DNA of 63,878 nt, filler included, from Phoronis australis (lineage: Eukaryota; Animalia; Phoronida), in the NCBI GenBank assembly GCA_002633005.1. It is 6 parts of 6 records of this genome, joined end to end, with 100 filler letters (N's around TTAATTAATTAA, not from the genome) between each part and the next. Parts side by side here need not be neighbours in the genome. Positions count along the whole stretch, not along the records: positions 18,130 to 45,357 come from NMRA01000014.1; 5 more parts are not named here. One strand, given 5' to 3'. The position numbers and the translations under genes were made by a program. Under the pieces are notes generated by a model, which did not search any database, had not been told where the DNA came from, and worked only from the letters and a program-made list of their open reading frames with translations. Below are positions 24,440 through 38,135 of the stretch, in pieces. Within the stretch, counting starts at the first letter, position 1. Every line of letters begins with the position of its first letter.

Positions 24440-26320
24440 TTTCGGACATTTCAAACAAACTCAAAAAGTGATGCATACAATTTTGCACACGTTTTATAGA
24501 AACTCGTGGACTTTGCATGGCTTTAGCTCACTGGTTTTGTGGACCTCATTCAGAAGGCGATTCCAAAACTGTAGCGTGAAGACAAATTTATTCAACGCTC
24601 GTTTATATCGTATCATTAGATTTCTAAAACGAATCCTGGTAATTGTGACATAGCTTACGCGAACGTTTCTTGAAATAACAACAACTAGGCTAGAAACGCA
24701 CATGTACACAGCGAATTTACAGGTATAAAGCAAGTTCCTTAATTCTTATAAACCAGGTTATACTTTTTAAATCACTGCACAGAAAACATGATTTGTTATA
24801 AGCTTCTGACATTATTGTATCACTTGTGAGGTTCGTCTAGTAATGTTTCCGTCCATCTATTTTAATGATGGAGACCATTTTTTGTTCCGATCTATAATCC
24901 CAAAGAAAAATAACCTTAGTAACTCTGGTATCATCCATTGTAAGTAACCTATTTCAGAGTCCGACCAAATGAATCTTCTTTCGCAAGGCAGAATCATGCC
25001 GGGCCATGTCGCCATGAACGGAACTATTTGAACCAAATCTATGGACTCCTAGAAAACAGCCTTGATACTTATTTTGCAGTGCATCACATTTACTATGGTG
25101 ATTAAAGCCCCAATACCCCCGCACAATAATCAAGGATAAGACAGATGCAAGCGTCGAACAGATCTTTGTAAGTTTGATATCCCAAGCTCTTTAAGCACTA
25201 AATTTAGAAACCAATCCCTCAACTGCCCTTCCTGCAACCTCAGGTAAAACGCCCGATGTCAATGCAAAATTTAAATGTTCTTCTAAAAACGCATCCAAAT
25301 ATTTATACTCATTCTTACTTAATGTAAGATTGCCATAGACAGAGTTAAAAGACGTCAATGTATGAGAGTTAGGCCCATAGTGGATAATAATGACGTTTTC
25401 GTAATTAACCGTCATTCTCCACTCGGTGCGTAATCTGAAGATTGTGTTCGGTGTCACTAATCAGCGCTATGTCATTAGCATACAGGAGTATACACAATTT
25501 GAAGCTGTCGATATCAACTCCTAGCCCTTGATTTCTTATGGTCAGTGCAAGATCATCTAAAAATGGGGAGAACAGAGTTGGGCTCATGCATGCACCCAGC
25601 CTCAAAACGGGAGGCTCGAATATTTGAGAATGTGGACCTTTTACTAAGATTCACGGGGTAAGTTCAGAGCTATGAATTGTGCATTCGCCGAATTTTGGTA
25701 GTTCCTGTCTTTTCAGTGGACTTTTGTCTCCTTTTCTACTTTTTTCGGAGTTTCTGTTTCTCTAACTCGGACCTTTTTCCCCCACTGTAGGTGCGCGCAT
25801 GGGGCTTAGGATAGTCACCTTGTCTCACTCCCAATTCTAGAGGGAACCAGTCTGTACTAGCATCGGGTCCCAACGGATTAATATATTTTGCCTGTGATAT
25901 TTAGTTTTAGAAGGCTATACATTAGCAGGTATCTATCAAATGCTTTTTCAAAATCTAAGTATCTACGTAAACAACAAATGTTTTTATTTAGTGTATTTCA
26001 AAGCAAATACATAGTAAATACAAGCTCTTTTGGACCGGAAACCGTTGTGTTCATCAACCAATAGATCCTTTTAGTCAGCAAAGGTGTTGATTCTGGAACT
26101 TAAAATAGTTGAAAATATCTTGTCTACATCAGATAACAAATTTATTCCCCGATATTTAAGAGGAAAGCGGTGTCATTTTCCATACGTTTGAGGATAGGCA
26201 TAAAAACTGCTTTATTCCAAACTTTTTGGATAATTCAGTAGTCAGATTGTATTGAACAGAACAGTAAGAGCATAAACTCTTGGATAGTTTTTAGGAACTC
26301 GTTGGGCATGTTGTCTATGC
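24440..26320 (-). mobile_element. Decayed LINE reverse-transcriptase region
   Basis: YRGINLLS, NGFR, DFEKAFD, G..MSPTLF..FLDDL, LLYANDIALIS (mutated YADD), YKYL; interrupted by about 280 bp at roughly 25610-25890. Confidence 0.85.
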
Positions 26321-27284
26321 ATTTAAAATCAAATTTGAATCATCACTTTTCATGACTTTCGACTTTCGATCTGCCATTAAAAATTGTGACAAAAATATTT
26401 ACAGTTGAGTGTTGTTTGCTAAAAAGGCATCGAGCGGTACCCGCTCAACTTCGCCCGAGTGGTATTTGCTTGTAGATGACATGATATCGTGTAGACAAGA
26501 GGATTCTTGGTCAGCACTGAATGCGCGTGGTGGCAACATCAAAGGGTAACAAGGGAATCCAAAAGTGAATTTCTATAATTCTGTAGGAATAAATGTCTAG
26601 CCCAATGACCTAAGTAACGAGAGAGCTAGTGCGATGTGGATGCCTTAAAATCGGCCAAGAAACAAAACGGCCGAAATTTGTGATTTGTTATTCTGCTATT
26701 TTGGTTTAATTGCTAGCATAGTACGGTAAAGTGTAGGCATTTTCAATTTTTGAATTGAAAGTGATCGTCAAATATGCAAATATGTTGTTCATCCAGTGTC
26801 CACTCTGATTGTGGATTGGTGATGGATTGACGTGCATGCGTGTACAAGTGTGTGCGTTTGCGCTCTTTTAAATTCGGTACACGCTGATTGTAAGTTCACT
26901 ATAGGTAGCCCACGCCGTGCTCAAAAATCAGACATTCAACCACCGCGTTTTATTGCACTGAGAAAACCCCATCAAGCATTTTCACTTCATTAGGGAAAAG
27001 AAGGCCTAGACCTCAACTTTGGTCAATATAAAGAAAGTCTTACCTTGTCAATCAGTGTCCATGATGCTCAGTCCCGCAGACGAGCAACAAACTTGACGGA
27101 AAAGATTTCCAAGGTTACATGTCACTACTTGTATGCCGAAGGTCCATTAATCTGAAGGCTCACTATGACTCCGAAGGTTCGCTACCTTCGAAAATTCAAT
27201 ACTTCGACTTTCCCAATTCCAAAATCAGAACTCCGACAGTTCACTCTGCTCGCGACTCGTTCTAAAGCATGCAGGGACAACATC

Positions 27285-27712
27285 TGGGGCCTGGGTCCAT
27301 GCGCGACGCACCATAGGGGCCTGGAGGGCTATAGGCCCCCACTTATTTCAGTGAGGGTTGCCCATGGGCATGGGTGGCGCGCACCATAGGGGGATGCGGG
27401 GCTATAGCCCACTAATTTCATTGCTGCGGCGCCCATAGGGTCAGGGCTGCGGCGCCCAACGACGTTTTTAAATCTAAAAAGATTGAATGTAACTCCATGA
27501 CTTCGTGAAGACTGGCAGAAATAGGGCGCCTTACTAATCACATTACGTGCGCGACGTTCCTTAGCGTGGGCGGCGCAGCACTGAAAAAGTAGGGGACTAA
27601 GGCCCCCCAGCCCCCCCTGTGGTGCACCGCCCATATACCATGGGCGGCGGAGCACTGAAAAAAGTGGGGTGCTATAGCCCCCCAGCCCCCTATGGGGCAC
27701 CGCCTATGGAGA
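27285..27712. repeat. GC-rich cluster of about 70-bp MITE-end-like units, two in each orientation
   Basis: Motif CCATAGGGG(G)CTGG(A/G)GGGCTATAGCCCC(C)ACTT..TTCAGTG at about 27309 and 27381, inverted at about 27570 and 27640; another copy at 44091-44152. Confidence 0.7.
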
Positions 27713-27974
27713 ACGTTCTCTTGCTGGACCACATTACATCCGAATTTGTGTCATGTGCTTTGTGAGCAACCGCCGCAGCAACCTCATTTTTGGTATTACA
27801 TGTTGCGTCTCAGAGAGTTATCGTTGTGTATACAGATTTCCCTTCCCCCTGAGTAAGCTGCGTAAAGGGCCTTACTGAAAACTCTACGACGTTTACAAAA
27901 TATCAAAGGTCCACCGGTCTTGAAATTCGAACCACCCCCGCTCAATGCTGGGTACGGGCCTGAGGTGGGACACT

Positions 27975-29790
27975 GTCAAGTAACTTACGAACATTGTCCA
28001 TGTTGGATGCTTTAAATATCTTATTGTTCAGTTTGATTTTAAGTACTAGTCCACGAGAGCACCAACCATGAGCGGCAAGGTGGGGGTCAGCCGATTTTCA
28101 CCAAATTTGGCACATATGTAGTCCTATGTGATCTATAAACAGCGGTAAAATATTTCCTCAAAATATTGCGTTTTTCTAAAGTTATAGGTTCAAACACATT
28201 TTACGGCTTCGCAGCCATGTTTTCACGGTATAAAAACTGTCCAGTTTTAACTGTTCGTATTTTTCCTTGAATGAAAGCTATTGATTTTTTATTCATTTGG
28301 CATTGTTTAGTGGAGCCTATAGATTGTTACACAGATGTCTTGAAACACGATTCCGATTTACCACCCTCATTTAGTAGTTTTACTACACTGCCCCACGTTA
28401 TGCCATTTTGAGGTTGTGTTCAGTACACTGCTGTACCAAATCTGCCCCCACTGTTATGAGAATGAAACTTAGCCAAAATGTTGAAAAAAAAAGTTTCTTT
28501 CATTGCATAAAATAAAAACTTTGTCAGTCAGTTTATTAGTTATACATTTTGGCACCTCAAATGTACTAAAGTTTTCATATATCTGAGATCGATGCGTGAG
28601 CACCGTAAAATCCTATTGTCCTTCATGTCTTTCGATATTTTGCAACCAGTTAGTTCCTCCTGAATGTTTTGAACGTTTTACTACTTATCATTTAAGGCTA
28701 TAGTACCCCTAAATACCATACATGGCTCCATTTTGTAAAAAGCCGATTATGTCCTCCACAGTGAACAGGGTTAGACATGAACTCGACAAATGTAGGTTAT
28801 TTTGATTTACAGTTGTTTTACTTTGCAATTTCCTCATGGGTATTTCTTCACACATATTCAAGTCAGATTTTCTGTTGATCAAATGTTCANTGACATTGGT
28901 CATGAACCTATCATGTGATATCAAAATTGTTCAGAAACGATTCTGTTTGAAGCAGAAACTGGAGTAGAAAATTTGGTCAAAAATGACTCGTTCCACACCA
29001 AGAAATTGCCTCATTTTGCCCCCAAGAACACTTCCCTTGTAGGCCTATCTCCTAAACCACCAAACTTTGTGGTGTCATACTTCACCCAATTTCTCTCATC
29101 CCTAATGTGATTTATCAGATTAAACATGGATCTGAATGGCTGACCCCCCACCTTGCCGCTTGTTGGCTGTACAGTGGTCGGTGGATCCGTGGACTGATAC
29201 TTAACTTCACAGTTTGTTATCCACGTTTGCTTCAGTTTTCCTTGCTTTCTCAGTTGACGTCACTCGAACTGAAATTTGCTTGGTTGTTCCTTTTGGTTTT
29301 CACTGACAAAGATGTTGTTTACAACATGTTTCCTGTTTATGTAGAATCTGTTCCTGGAGTTGAATCGTATAAATTCCACAACAATTTTGTTTTCAAATAG
29401 TCTATGAGATCGATCAGCGTCTTACTTTGTGATCGGTTTGTCGACGTTCATGTTTCCGACCATTTACAAACCGATGTTATCAGTGTTTTCATTCTCTAGC
29501 TTGTCAACATCCGATATTTTAAGACAGTTTCTGTTCGGACTCCTCATAGATTTTGAACAACTCCTCAGCCTTCCGGTCATTTGATTAAGTTTCTCCTTTA
29601 GAGTTACGATTTCACTTTTTAGTTCAGCAATTTCTTTGTTCTTTTCGTTGACGGCTTCTTCGATTTTCATTACAAGACTAGTATACAATTCCAGAACAGC
29701 AACGTAAAGGAATTGTTTCACCATGTCATTGACTCGCGTATTTATAAATCCTGTACTCTCTTCTCAAAGTCATCTGGTTGACGAACAGGC
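27975..29790 (-). mobile_element. CR1/L2-type LINE ORF1 remnant, split by the element at 28043-29200
   Basis: Coiled coil, then RNCLKISDVDKLENENTDNI, IDRSHRL, IVVEFIRFNSRNRFY, IFVSEN and TWITNCEVK|IKLNNKIF; the frame is restored across the TTAA insertion site. Confidence 0.8.
28043..29200. mobile_element. TTAA-flanked non-autonomous TIR element, Sola3-like (copy 1)
   Basis: TTAA|GTACTAGTCCACG...GCGGCAAGGTGGGGGTCAGCC and its inverse GGCTGACCCCCCACCTTGCCGC...CGTGGACTGATAC|TTAA. Confidence 0.85.
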
Positions 29791-32031
29791 GAGAACAGTG
29801 TCTATTGTTTTGGGACCTATCAAATTTTGCAAAAAAATCATTTATCGATCACCTTTTTGAATGTTGTCTCATTGTTTTACAAAATATCTTGTTTGAAAGA
29901 CAAATGATTGTTGTCCAGTGATACACCCCATGGACTGACACAGTTTTGAGCATTCCTCTTTCCTTTAACATATTTTGTTCTTACTGGAATGAACAATGGA
30001 CTTGTCATACTTATGTGCTCGAACGAGCCCCCTATTTGGAGAAATGGAAAAAGTTGCCTCAGTCAGAGAAGCAAGATCTGCGAAAAAAAAGTAGAAAACG
30101 AGACAAAAGTCCACTAGAAGGCAGGCAGTACCAAAATCTGGCGTCTGCAATTCATAGCTCTGAACGTACCCAGTGAATCTTATAGTAAAAGGTACACATT
30201 CTCAAAAATTCGAGCCCCCATTGTTAGGCTTGGTGCGCTCATACAAAGTCTGGGCAAATCTCTCTTGAAAGCCAACAACTTTGCACAGTTCGGCTGAAGA
30301 CCCGAAATTCTAAGTAAACCACGTTTGAGCGAGCGCTGTGGCCAAGGACCAGGTAGGCCTATGGGTAGCCTTGGCGCAAAGCTGTATACTAGCAAGATGT
30401 ATTTTGACGATAGTCTTCACAGCTGGCACTGAGGCTAGCTAACCTAATGGCTGCCGCTGCAGTGTGACACAGGACTAACCAGCCCGTAATTGTATGCAAG
30501 TGTCTGAAACTACCTTTGTACGTATGCGGCATTTTATGATTTGAACCTTTTACTTCGACAAAACAGCTTGCAACAGCATGTCTTTGCCCTTAGCCAGTGT
30601 CTGGTCTCGGTCCGCAACGGGTCCGATCGGTTGCGGGCAAGAGTACGGCAAAATAATTTCTGTCAAAATTTATTCGCCACATTTCGTCAGCAATTTCGAT
30701 ACAAATGTCCGTAGTTAGATTTTATTAACGTTAATGTGCGCTGTCGATTATTTCATCCCCGTTGGTTGGCTGGTAACAGACACTGCTCCAGTCGCACAGA
30801 CGGTGTATACTAAGCCTGGGTTCCTGAATGAATTGTTCTTCTGGGTTCCCGATAATTTCTATATGGCGGTGTGTTCTTCGGGTCTGAATCGTGAGTGGCG
30901 CGTTTATTTAAACTTTATTCGATTACGGATTGTGTATTAGTTGTGGGGTAGGAACTTCTTGGATCCTTATAACATCCTCTAACCATGTTATAAGGGTTAA
31001 CAACGTGTGCTTCTTGGACTACAATGCGAATAGGAGGCGCTGAATCAGCGCGACTTTGCGTGGTTTTTCATTTTAACATCATAAAGAGTTCCATAGCAAC
31101 TCGAGTACGATTCTCAGATTCGAGTACGTTTGAAGTCTACTCGAAATGCGACATGAAATACGCTTTTTGAGTACGACTCCAGTGAGCATGATTTTGAGTA
31201 TGAAATCTCGAGTATGAGTATGAGTCTGAGTACGGAGATTAGATACCGGGCCCAGGACTTTACATTAAAACCCATTTCTTCACAAAGTGAAAATTAATGA
31301 TACTGGTACATACAGTGTGTGTCACCATACACAAGAGATATTAGAACAATTTTGATTATTGTCATGTTCACTAAAGAAGTAGAGGCTGGGAAATAATAAC
31401 ATTCGTAACAAAGGGGCGATGTTATTTGGAGCACCTGTTGCATACTTGTGAACATTCGAGAATGCAAAAAGGGACAACTGGACATAAGAAAAGGCTGGAC
31501 GTCTGGCCCTATGCCAAACCGCAAGGGTAAATGTTCTCTGCAACACCCAAAACGACTGCGTTTTTTGTTTTTTTTTTTTGTGGAACAAGAAATTGCGGAT
31601 GCCAGAAAAACTCGGGAACTTTCCGATGTCTTTTTACTAATCACACGAGAAAATAGAGCCATGTCGCGTGAGAAATCACAACACTATATGATAATCAATT
31701 TCGTCGTGTGAGGAGGAGATTTTGATGACATAGCAGGATGTCAGGACTAACCTTCAAAAGAGAGGACAGCCCGCGGGACAGTCGGGAAGCAAAATATTCA
31801 AAACGTGAAACAGTCCGTCACCAGGGGGACGGTTGACAAGTATAGAACGCCGTCGGTAACACAAGTATTGGACTGAACTACTTTAAAATTTGATTTCACG
31901 AGTATAGGTAAATACTATAGATAACATCACTGCTCAGAAATAGAATTGGCATTATAGCAGGAAAAAGGTTAACAATACGCAAATGAATTATTACAGAAAC
32001 AGAAGTAGACAGTAACAGATTGATATATACA

Positions 32032-32591
32032 TGCAACACTGTCTCGTTTTTCCCTGTGTGTGGCTGGGTGCAGGTGGTTACCAAGGCCGGTGCTAATGCT
32101 TTCGGTGCGACTGAAGACTGGTTCGAGTTTTAACTCGAGTAAAGGAATTAAAATTAGTTTATTAATCTCGACCGTACGTTCACAACCCTATTCAAACAAA
32201 ACGTCCGACCTAATGTCTGTTCTACGATCCGGCCAATGCTGCGAAGCCTTGACTTGTGACGAACCTCTGAGACACCTTCAGCAACTGTTACACGCTGATT
32301 CTATATAACCTGCTGTCTTTGTAACTGGCTCTCTGTTGACCATCGCTGTAACTGCTGATTCTCTTCAGTGCAACTCAACTGTAACTCTCTTGTAACAAAC
32401 TGATTTTCAACTCTTCGTTAACTATCCCAAACCCGTGCCTGGGTATTTATAGTCTCATGCAATGTTTTAGGACTTTCCATCGATTAAAGCGCATTCTAGA
32501 GCTTTCTGGAATCTACCCAATCATTCTACAAAAATATACTAGTCTCTAGAATATTCCAGATCACATTAATCACTCACTGTTCTGTAATACA
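32032..32591 (-). mobile_element. Probable solo LTR
   Basis: Minus strand reads TGTATTACAG...TATAAATA...AATAAA...GTGTTGCA; (A)TACA is repeated at both boundaries. Confidence 0.45.
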
Positions 32592-32696
32592 CAAATTACA
32601 TCATCACTGTACTAACCTCAGGGGCTATGCTAATCATTAACACAAACAGAACAATAAAACAAAATAGAACCAAGCACAGTGTCAGTCTAAACTCTG

Positions 32697-32828
32697 ACAA
32701 ACACACACGCGCTCGCGCGCAAACACACACACGCACACAAACATGCACAAACACGCACGCACACACACACACATGCACAAGCGCTCGCACACACACGAAT
32801 GCACACACGAGCGCGCGCGCAGACACAC
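32697..32828. repeat. Imperfect (CA)n/(CG) microsatellite
   Basis: Direct inspection. Confidence 0.95.
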
Positions 32829-34475
32829 TATGCTACGTAAGTAATACACGTGCAGTTTCTCTTAGTTACGTAAAAATATCTGATATTAAGCTTTACATTT
32901 ATGATTACAAAACAAACACACAGAAACCAAATGTCCCTTAGTTCCATAAAATACTGCAATATGTTTTTGACACCCAAAAAATGTCTTGAAAAATCCTAAT
33001 GCGGACATGTAGAGTTTGATAGGATGTCAAAACAGAGGTTACAGGTTATATTATCGTTCATCTTCTAAATAACATCTATGATGAGTTTTTATAATCCAAA
33101 TATTAACTCACAGATGAACTGTAATTGCTGCTCAAAATCGGGACAGGTATCTTTAAAACTTACCATATGTCTCGTGTTTGGCACTTAAGTACTAGCCCAC
33201 GAGAGCAGCAGCCATTCAGCGGCAAGGTGGGTGTCAGCTGATTTCCACCAAATTTGACGCATAGGTAGTCATTTGGGATTTATAAATAGTGGTAAAATAC
33301 TTCCCCAAACTATTACGCTCTACCAAAGTTATGGGCTCAAGCACATTTTACGACTTCGCAGCCATGTTTTCACGCTGTAAAAGCTGTCCAAATTTAACTG
33401 TTTATATTTTTCTTTGAATGAAAGCTACTGAACTATTATTCACTTGGCATTGTTTTGTGATGCCATTAGATTGTTACACAGATGTCTTGAATAAAAAGAT
33501 AACGATTTACCACCCTCATTCAGTAGTTTTACTGCACTACCCCCCCCCCCCCNNNNNNNNNNNNNNATTTTGAGGTTATGTTTAATACACTGCTATAGCA
33601 AATATGCCACCTCTGCTATGAGAAAAAAACTTGGCCAAAATGTTTCCAAAATATGTTACTTTCATTGCACAAAATTAAAACTTTGCCAGCAAGTTTATTA
33701 GTTATACATTTTGGCACCTCAAATGTATTAAAATGAGAACTTTTCAAATATCTGAGATCGTTGCATCAGCACTTAAAATAAGGTTGTGTTTAATGTTTTT
33801 TTAATATTTTGCAATGAGTTTGTTCCTCCTGAATGTTTTGAATGTATTACTTCTTATCCATAGGACTAAAGTACTCCTAGATACCATACATGGCTTCATT
33901 TTTGTAAAAATCGATTATGCCCTCCCCAGGGTTAGACATGAACTCGATTAATGTAGGTTATGCCTTTTCTGTTGATCAAATGTTCGTGTAATGCATTATA
34001 ATATCAAATGAATTATAAGTTTAGTGGCATGACCACAATTTTTATACGGCTTAAAGCAAAAGGCCGCAGAAATCTTTTGTTTTCCTGACGAAATACCGGG
34101 TTTGCAGTTCTCTGAAAACATTCGAACGACAAGACAACTCCACCACTGTCCATGGCAACTTGTTGCATGTATATTGCCCATCGGTCGTATCATTATTTTC
34201 CGTTGTTGTGTCATTGTTGGATATAGCAACACAGCTCACATGGATACAGAACCTTGGGCGTACATCAGACCGTTGCTTGTCATTATCTGTATTATAACAA
34301 CGGGAACAATGAAGATGCTAATCCATTGTTCTCTATGCGACCAGGTTTCCCGAGGATGACCACAGAAGAGGAATCTCAAAGTATCAAACAAACATTTACC
34401 ACGCACCTCAGTAACTCTTACCGCGCACACGAATCTTTTCCATGGAACCTAAACACCAAAATAATTTTATATCCA

Positions 34476-34536
34476 TGTGTTGTGTTGTGTTGTGTTGTGT
34501 TGTGTTGTGTTGTGTTGTGTTGTGTTGTGTTGTGTT
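34476..34536. repeat. (TGTGT)n pentanucleotide microsatellite
   Basis: About 12 perfect copies. Confidence 0.97.
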
Positions 34537-34984
34537 GCTCACGGTACGGGTTCAGATTCCGTTATATTAAGATTCTAATCCCCAACCCTGTAATATGTTG
34601 TTTGAGTAAGAGTTCTAGACAGTGCAGGTTTATGAATGTATTCTCCTTTAAATTCTGCACTGGTTTTTCAAAAGTAATCACTTACTGGAAGATCACACAC
34701 CTCAACAATGAAACGTTTGACGATCTTAATCATTATCTCATTTGAAAGTTGTCTACTTCACCGATAACTCATCTAAGTTGAAAATATTCATTGTGAAAAA
34801 ATATAAAACACCAACCAGACACTTGTATACTACAAAATATGTTTCCATGATATAATACAAAGATAACTGTACACTCAAAATTGCAAATGTTATGACAAAT
34901 GCCTTCTAGACCTTTTCAACATTCCAATTGCTACAGGACAGAGTCAACCACACAAAACCCATAAAGTCAGGGAATTTCACTTAA

Positions 34985-36694
34985 AGGAGAATGCCACTCA
35001 AAAAACAACCTATTTTGTATCAATTTATATCGAGTATATGCTTCTACTCGATAACGGCACGTTCGGTTGCGTTACCTGACAACTGACGGCAGACAGAGGT
35101 GTTGAAATTATCCAATGACGTAATTGGTTTCACACGCAGTCTGATCAGCAGTTCACAAAACGGGTTAGTGGTGTCAGCTTATCGCTTAAATTCATTGTTT
35201 AACACCAATAAATCATCAAACTTCGATGTAAAACCCTTAAAAATACACCGAGTTCTTATAAAAACGTGTTGTTTTATTTCGATGTTACGAATTTACTGGT
35301 ATTTGGACACACCGTAGCCTACAAAGTTCGGCAGGCCAATTTACCAAGGTCCGTAGCAGGAGTATGGGGTCTGTTCGGAGATAAATTCAAAGTATTTTTC
35401 CGTTAAATACAGACAATAGTTGTTTATACTTGTGTTTTTTTAGTTCTAAACACACAAAACGCTTGTTATCCCTGCCAGTGGAACCCGATCACTAGGCCCG
35501 GCGTCGTGGCCGGACTGACTCCGTCCGGCCCGAGTGGCTTGGAATCCGATGAGGCCCGTCGCGGCCGCCGGGACTGGCACGAACATAAACCAGCTTGAGT
35601 TGGAAACTAAACCTCCAGTCACGAAAAGACTACAATAGTGAGCCGAAACAATAATGTGCATGTAATTATTTATGTGAATTAGCCACGAAACTGAAAATCT
35701 ACTTACTTGTCGGGGGCCGCGAAGTCGGGTTCAACTCCCTGAGACCGTCAGGGCAAAGGTTGTACAGTAACAATGATTTGAATAATGTATTTGTATTTCT
35801 AAATAAAGATTCCCCTAACATGTGACCATAGCATGTAAAATCGAGTAATTGCACAACAGCTTTCTGTCAGCCAACACTGAATTAGCATGCGCTCACACCC
35901 AAAGCGGCCTCGGTGCCCGGTCAATTACCGTTGTTGCCGGCATCAAAAGCCGGTAACGCAGTGGTTTATTCATTGCTGGCTTCTCAAAACATTTGTACTC
36001 ACGAGCACTCCAAGGCATTACACATTGTATCTAATGAGACAGACTTTGTTTCAGTTTCATATAAGCATTGATTAGGATGAGAATAATTCATTTTGAAACA
36101 GAACGTAGAATAATAAACATCTACATGGCATCTTGCTCGGCGCCAATCAAGATTTAGTCAAGAGCTCATCCGACGAAGACTTCACGGGTCGGATCGTTAG
36201 GTTTCACAGAATATCAGTTCGAACCCGAGTACACTGACCAAGAAATACTAGAGAGGCGCCGTGATCGTGCACAGGCAACGGAACATAAGGATAGTTTGGT
36301 AAGCCGGAATTTGTCAGAGAAATCACTGTCGACGAAATGCCAGCCACAGACACGGGGATGTTTCACGATCTCATACTTGCTATTACCAGCGTACCTTTCA
36401 TTTTTCACTACCGCGAGCCACTTCCTGAGCAATTCGGGCTCTCGAGGAAGTCGAAAAAATGATATACCCGCTTTTTTCGCAGCTTCATAGTTCGGACAAG
36501 TGGGAACGATGCACCACAATATAGCGGCATTCACTCTGCAGAGGAACCACTGAAGTCCTTGCGTCGTTTCTCACCTTCCTCACAGGTTAAGGCGACACCT
36601 CTCGGCAAGGTGAGGTCGACCGTATAAGAGGCGATGTGGATATAGACCGATCAAGACGGTAAAAAAGACTAATTAAATCGTGTGGCATTCTCCT
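34985..36694 (-). mobile_element. Kolobok non-autonomous transposon
   Basis: TTAA|AGGAGAATGCCAC ... GTGGCATTCTCCT|TTAA; the empty site with a single TTAA is present in the paralogous region at 55405-55408. Confidence 0.92.
36214..36534 (-). pseudogene. THAP zinc-finger ORF (truncated Kolobok transposase N-terminus)
   Basis: CIVPTC...SFFRLP...LRKW...RVCGWHF..SDF is the C2CH THAP signature; no catalytic domain follows. Confidence 0.9.
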
Positions 36695-37412
36695 TTAAGA
36701 TGTCTCACTACGAAAAAGGGATTTCGCAATGTCGCTGGCAACACCGTAAATTTCTTCTTCTTTACAAACTTGAGATGGCTGTTTGTATGGAGAATTATGT
36801 ACCACATCAATGCTCTTAACAACAAATTACCACCCCAAAATGAAAAATTGGCAGCACTTTTGTGATGAAATGGTCATGGAAAAATACTTTTGGAACATGA
36901 TTTGCATTACAATTGCCGTGTGATTACAGATGTACATACTAGGACATACTAGACCAGTTACGAAATTACTCATGGGAACAAAATAGTCAATTCACCAAAA
37001 ACCAAGGAGTCACCAGAGCTAATGTGCCAACATTTTTCAGTACTGCAACAAAAAATCATTTGAAGTGGACATCTCTATTACATGGCTTGTCTAATAGTGT
37101 GTGATTTTATACACACAGCATGGTCTCAAGGAATAGCAAACTGTCAATTCGTTGCAATTCCAGAAATCACTTCCCATCTGGATAAGGAACAAATTGAGAA
37201 AAAAAATATAGAGGTAAATGGTCTAAATCAAAACTGGACGGAATGTGGGTTTATAATCCAGGCAGAAAGATACGTGAACAAAACCAGCCAAACCACAACA
37301 GGGGCTCAAATGTCAATAATAAATACTCATTTACAAACATAAATTCAGATCAATTACACAATTTCAAGTAAAAGAGAAACAGCACAGTGGTGAGAAATCA
37401 CGAAATAAACGT

Positions 37413-38135
37413 CTATATGTAATGGCCACGCTGGGAAAACCTGTCATACCGAAAAATCCAGTGGCTAAACAAAAAGGTCAATGTATCATTACCATGTGAG
37501 TGTACCAACTTAATCCACTGGCCCAGCATTACGATCGGTGGCCGGACAAAAATCCAATCCAGGTAAATTTTTATTTGTGCTGTTCGTACAGCAGTTCTGG
37601 TGCAAACAAAGCTTGCAACAACATACAAGCCTACTTCCCTACACAGCTGTGCTGACATAATAAGGCCACCACTGGATTTAGCAGATCAGCCAGATTATTC
37701 ACAGGTCCAGCCACTGTACTGTTTCCTCTATTTGAATTTTTACAATGCTACATCCTTGACGATCTTAAAGCACAGATTGTCTCTTTCCAAGCATACTCCA
37801 CTTCCTCTGTCATATCTCCAACATCCAAGTGTTCCAGTTTCCTACATTTCCTGAGAGTGGCTTATCTCAACAAATTATTTTGGACTTGGACCTGTTGTGA
37901 TGTAAGCCAGTAATTTTTGGCAAATACTTTTTCCGGACTCGTTCCTCAAGTTACAAATTCTCTTTGACACACCTTCTGGGGGTAGACTTTCAGCCTCTCT
38001 CTCTCTCTAGTCTCCTCACTTAGTTGTCCAGTAGGAATTTTTCAACGGTTAAGGGTAAATTCTTGCTGGTTTTGAACTTTTCCATACCCAACCTTTGCTA
38101 ATAATCAACAGGTCTTCAACTTCAGCAGAAGCCAC
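37413..38135 (-). pseudogene. Sola3-like transposase C-terminal remnant
   Basis: KGWVWK...LRNESGK...YWLTSQQVQ resembles the GWALK...MR..R...G.R.F....WL...QI.S.FSR C-terminal domain. Confidence 0.6.

Noticed and set aside
32596-32941. Cys/Val-rich and His/Thr-rich ORFs
   Set aside because: Translation of the (CA)n repeat.
34254-34745. 163-aa ORF with CCVVL repeats
   Set aside because: Reads through a (TGTGT)n microsatellite; the paralogous region at 54911 does not keep the frame.
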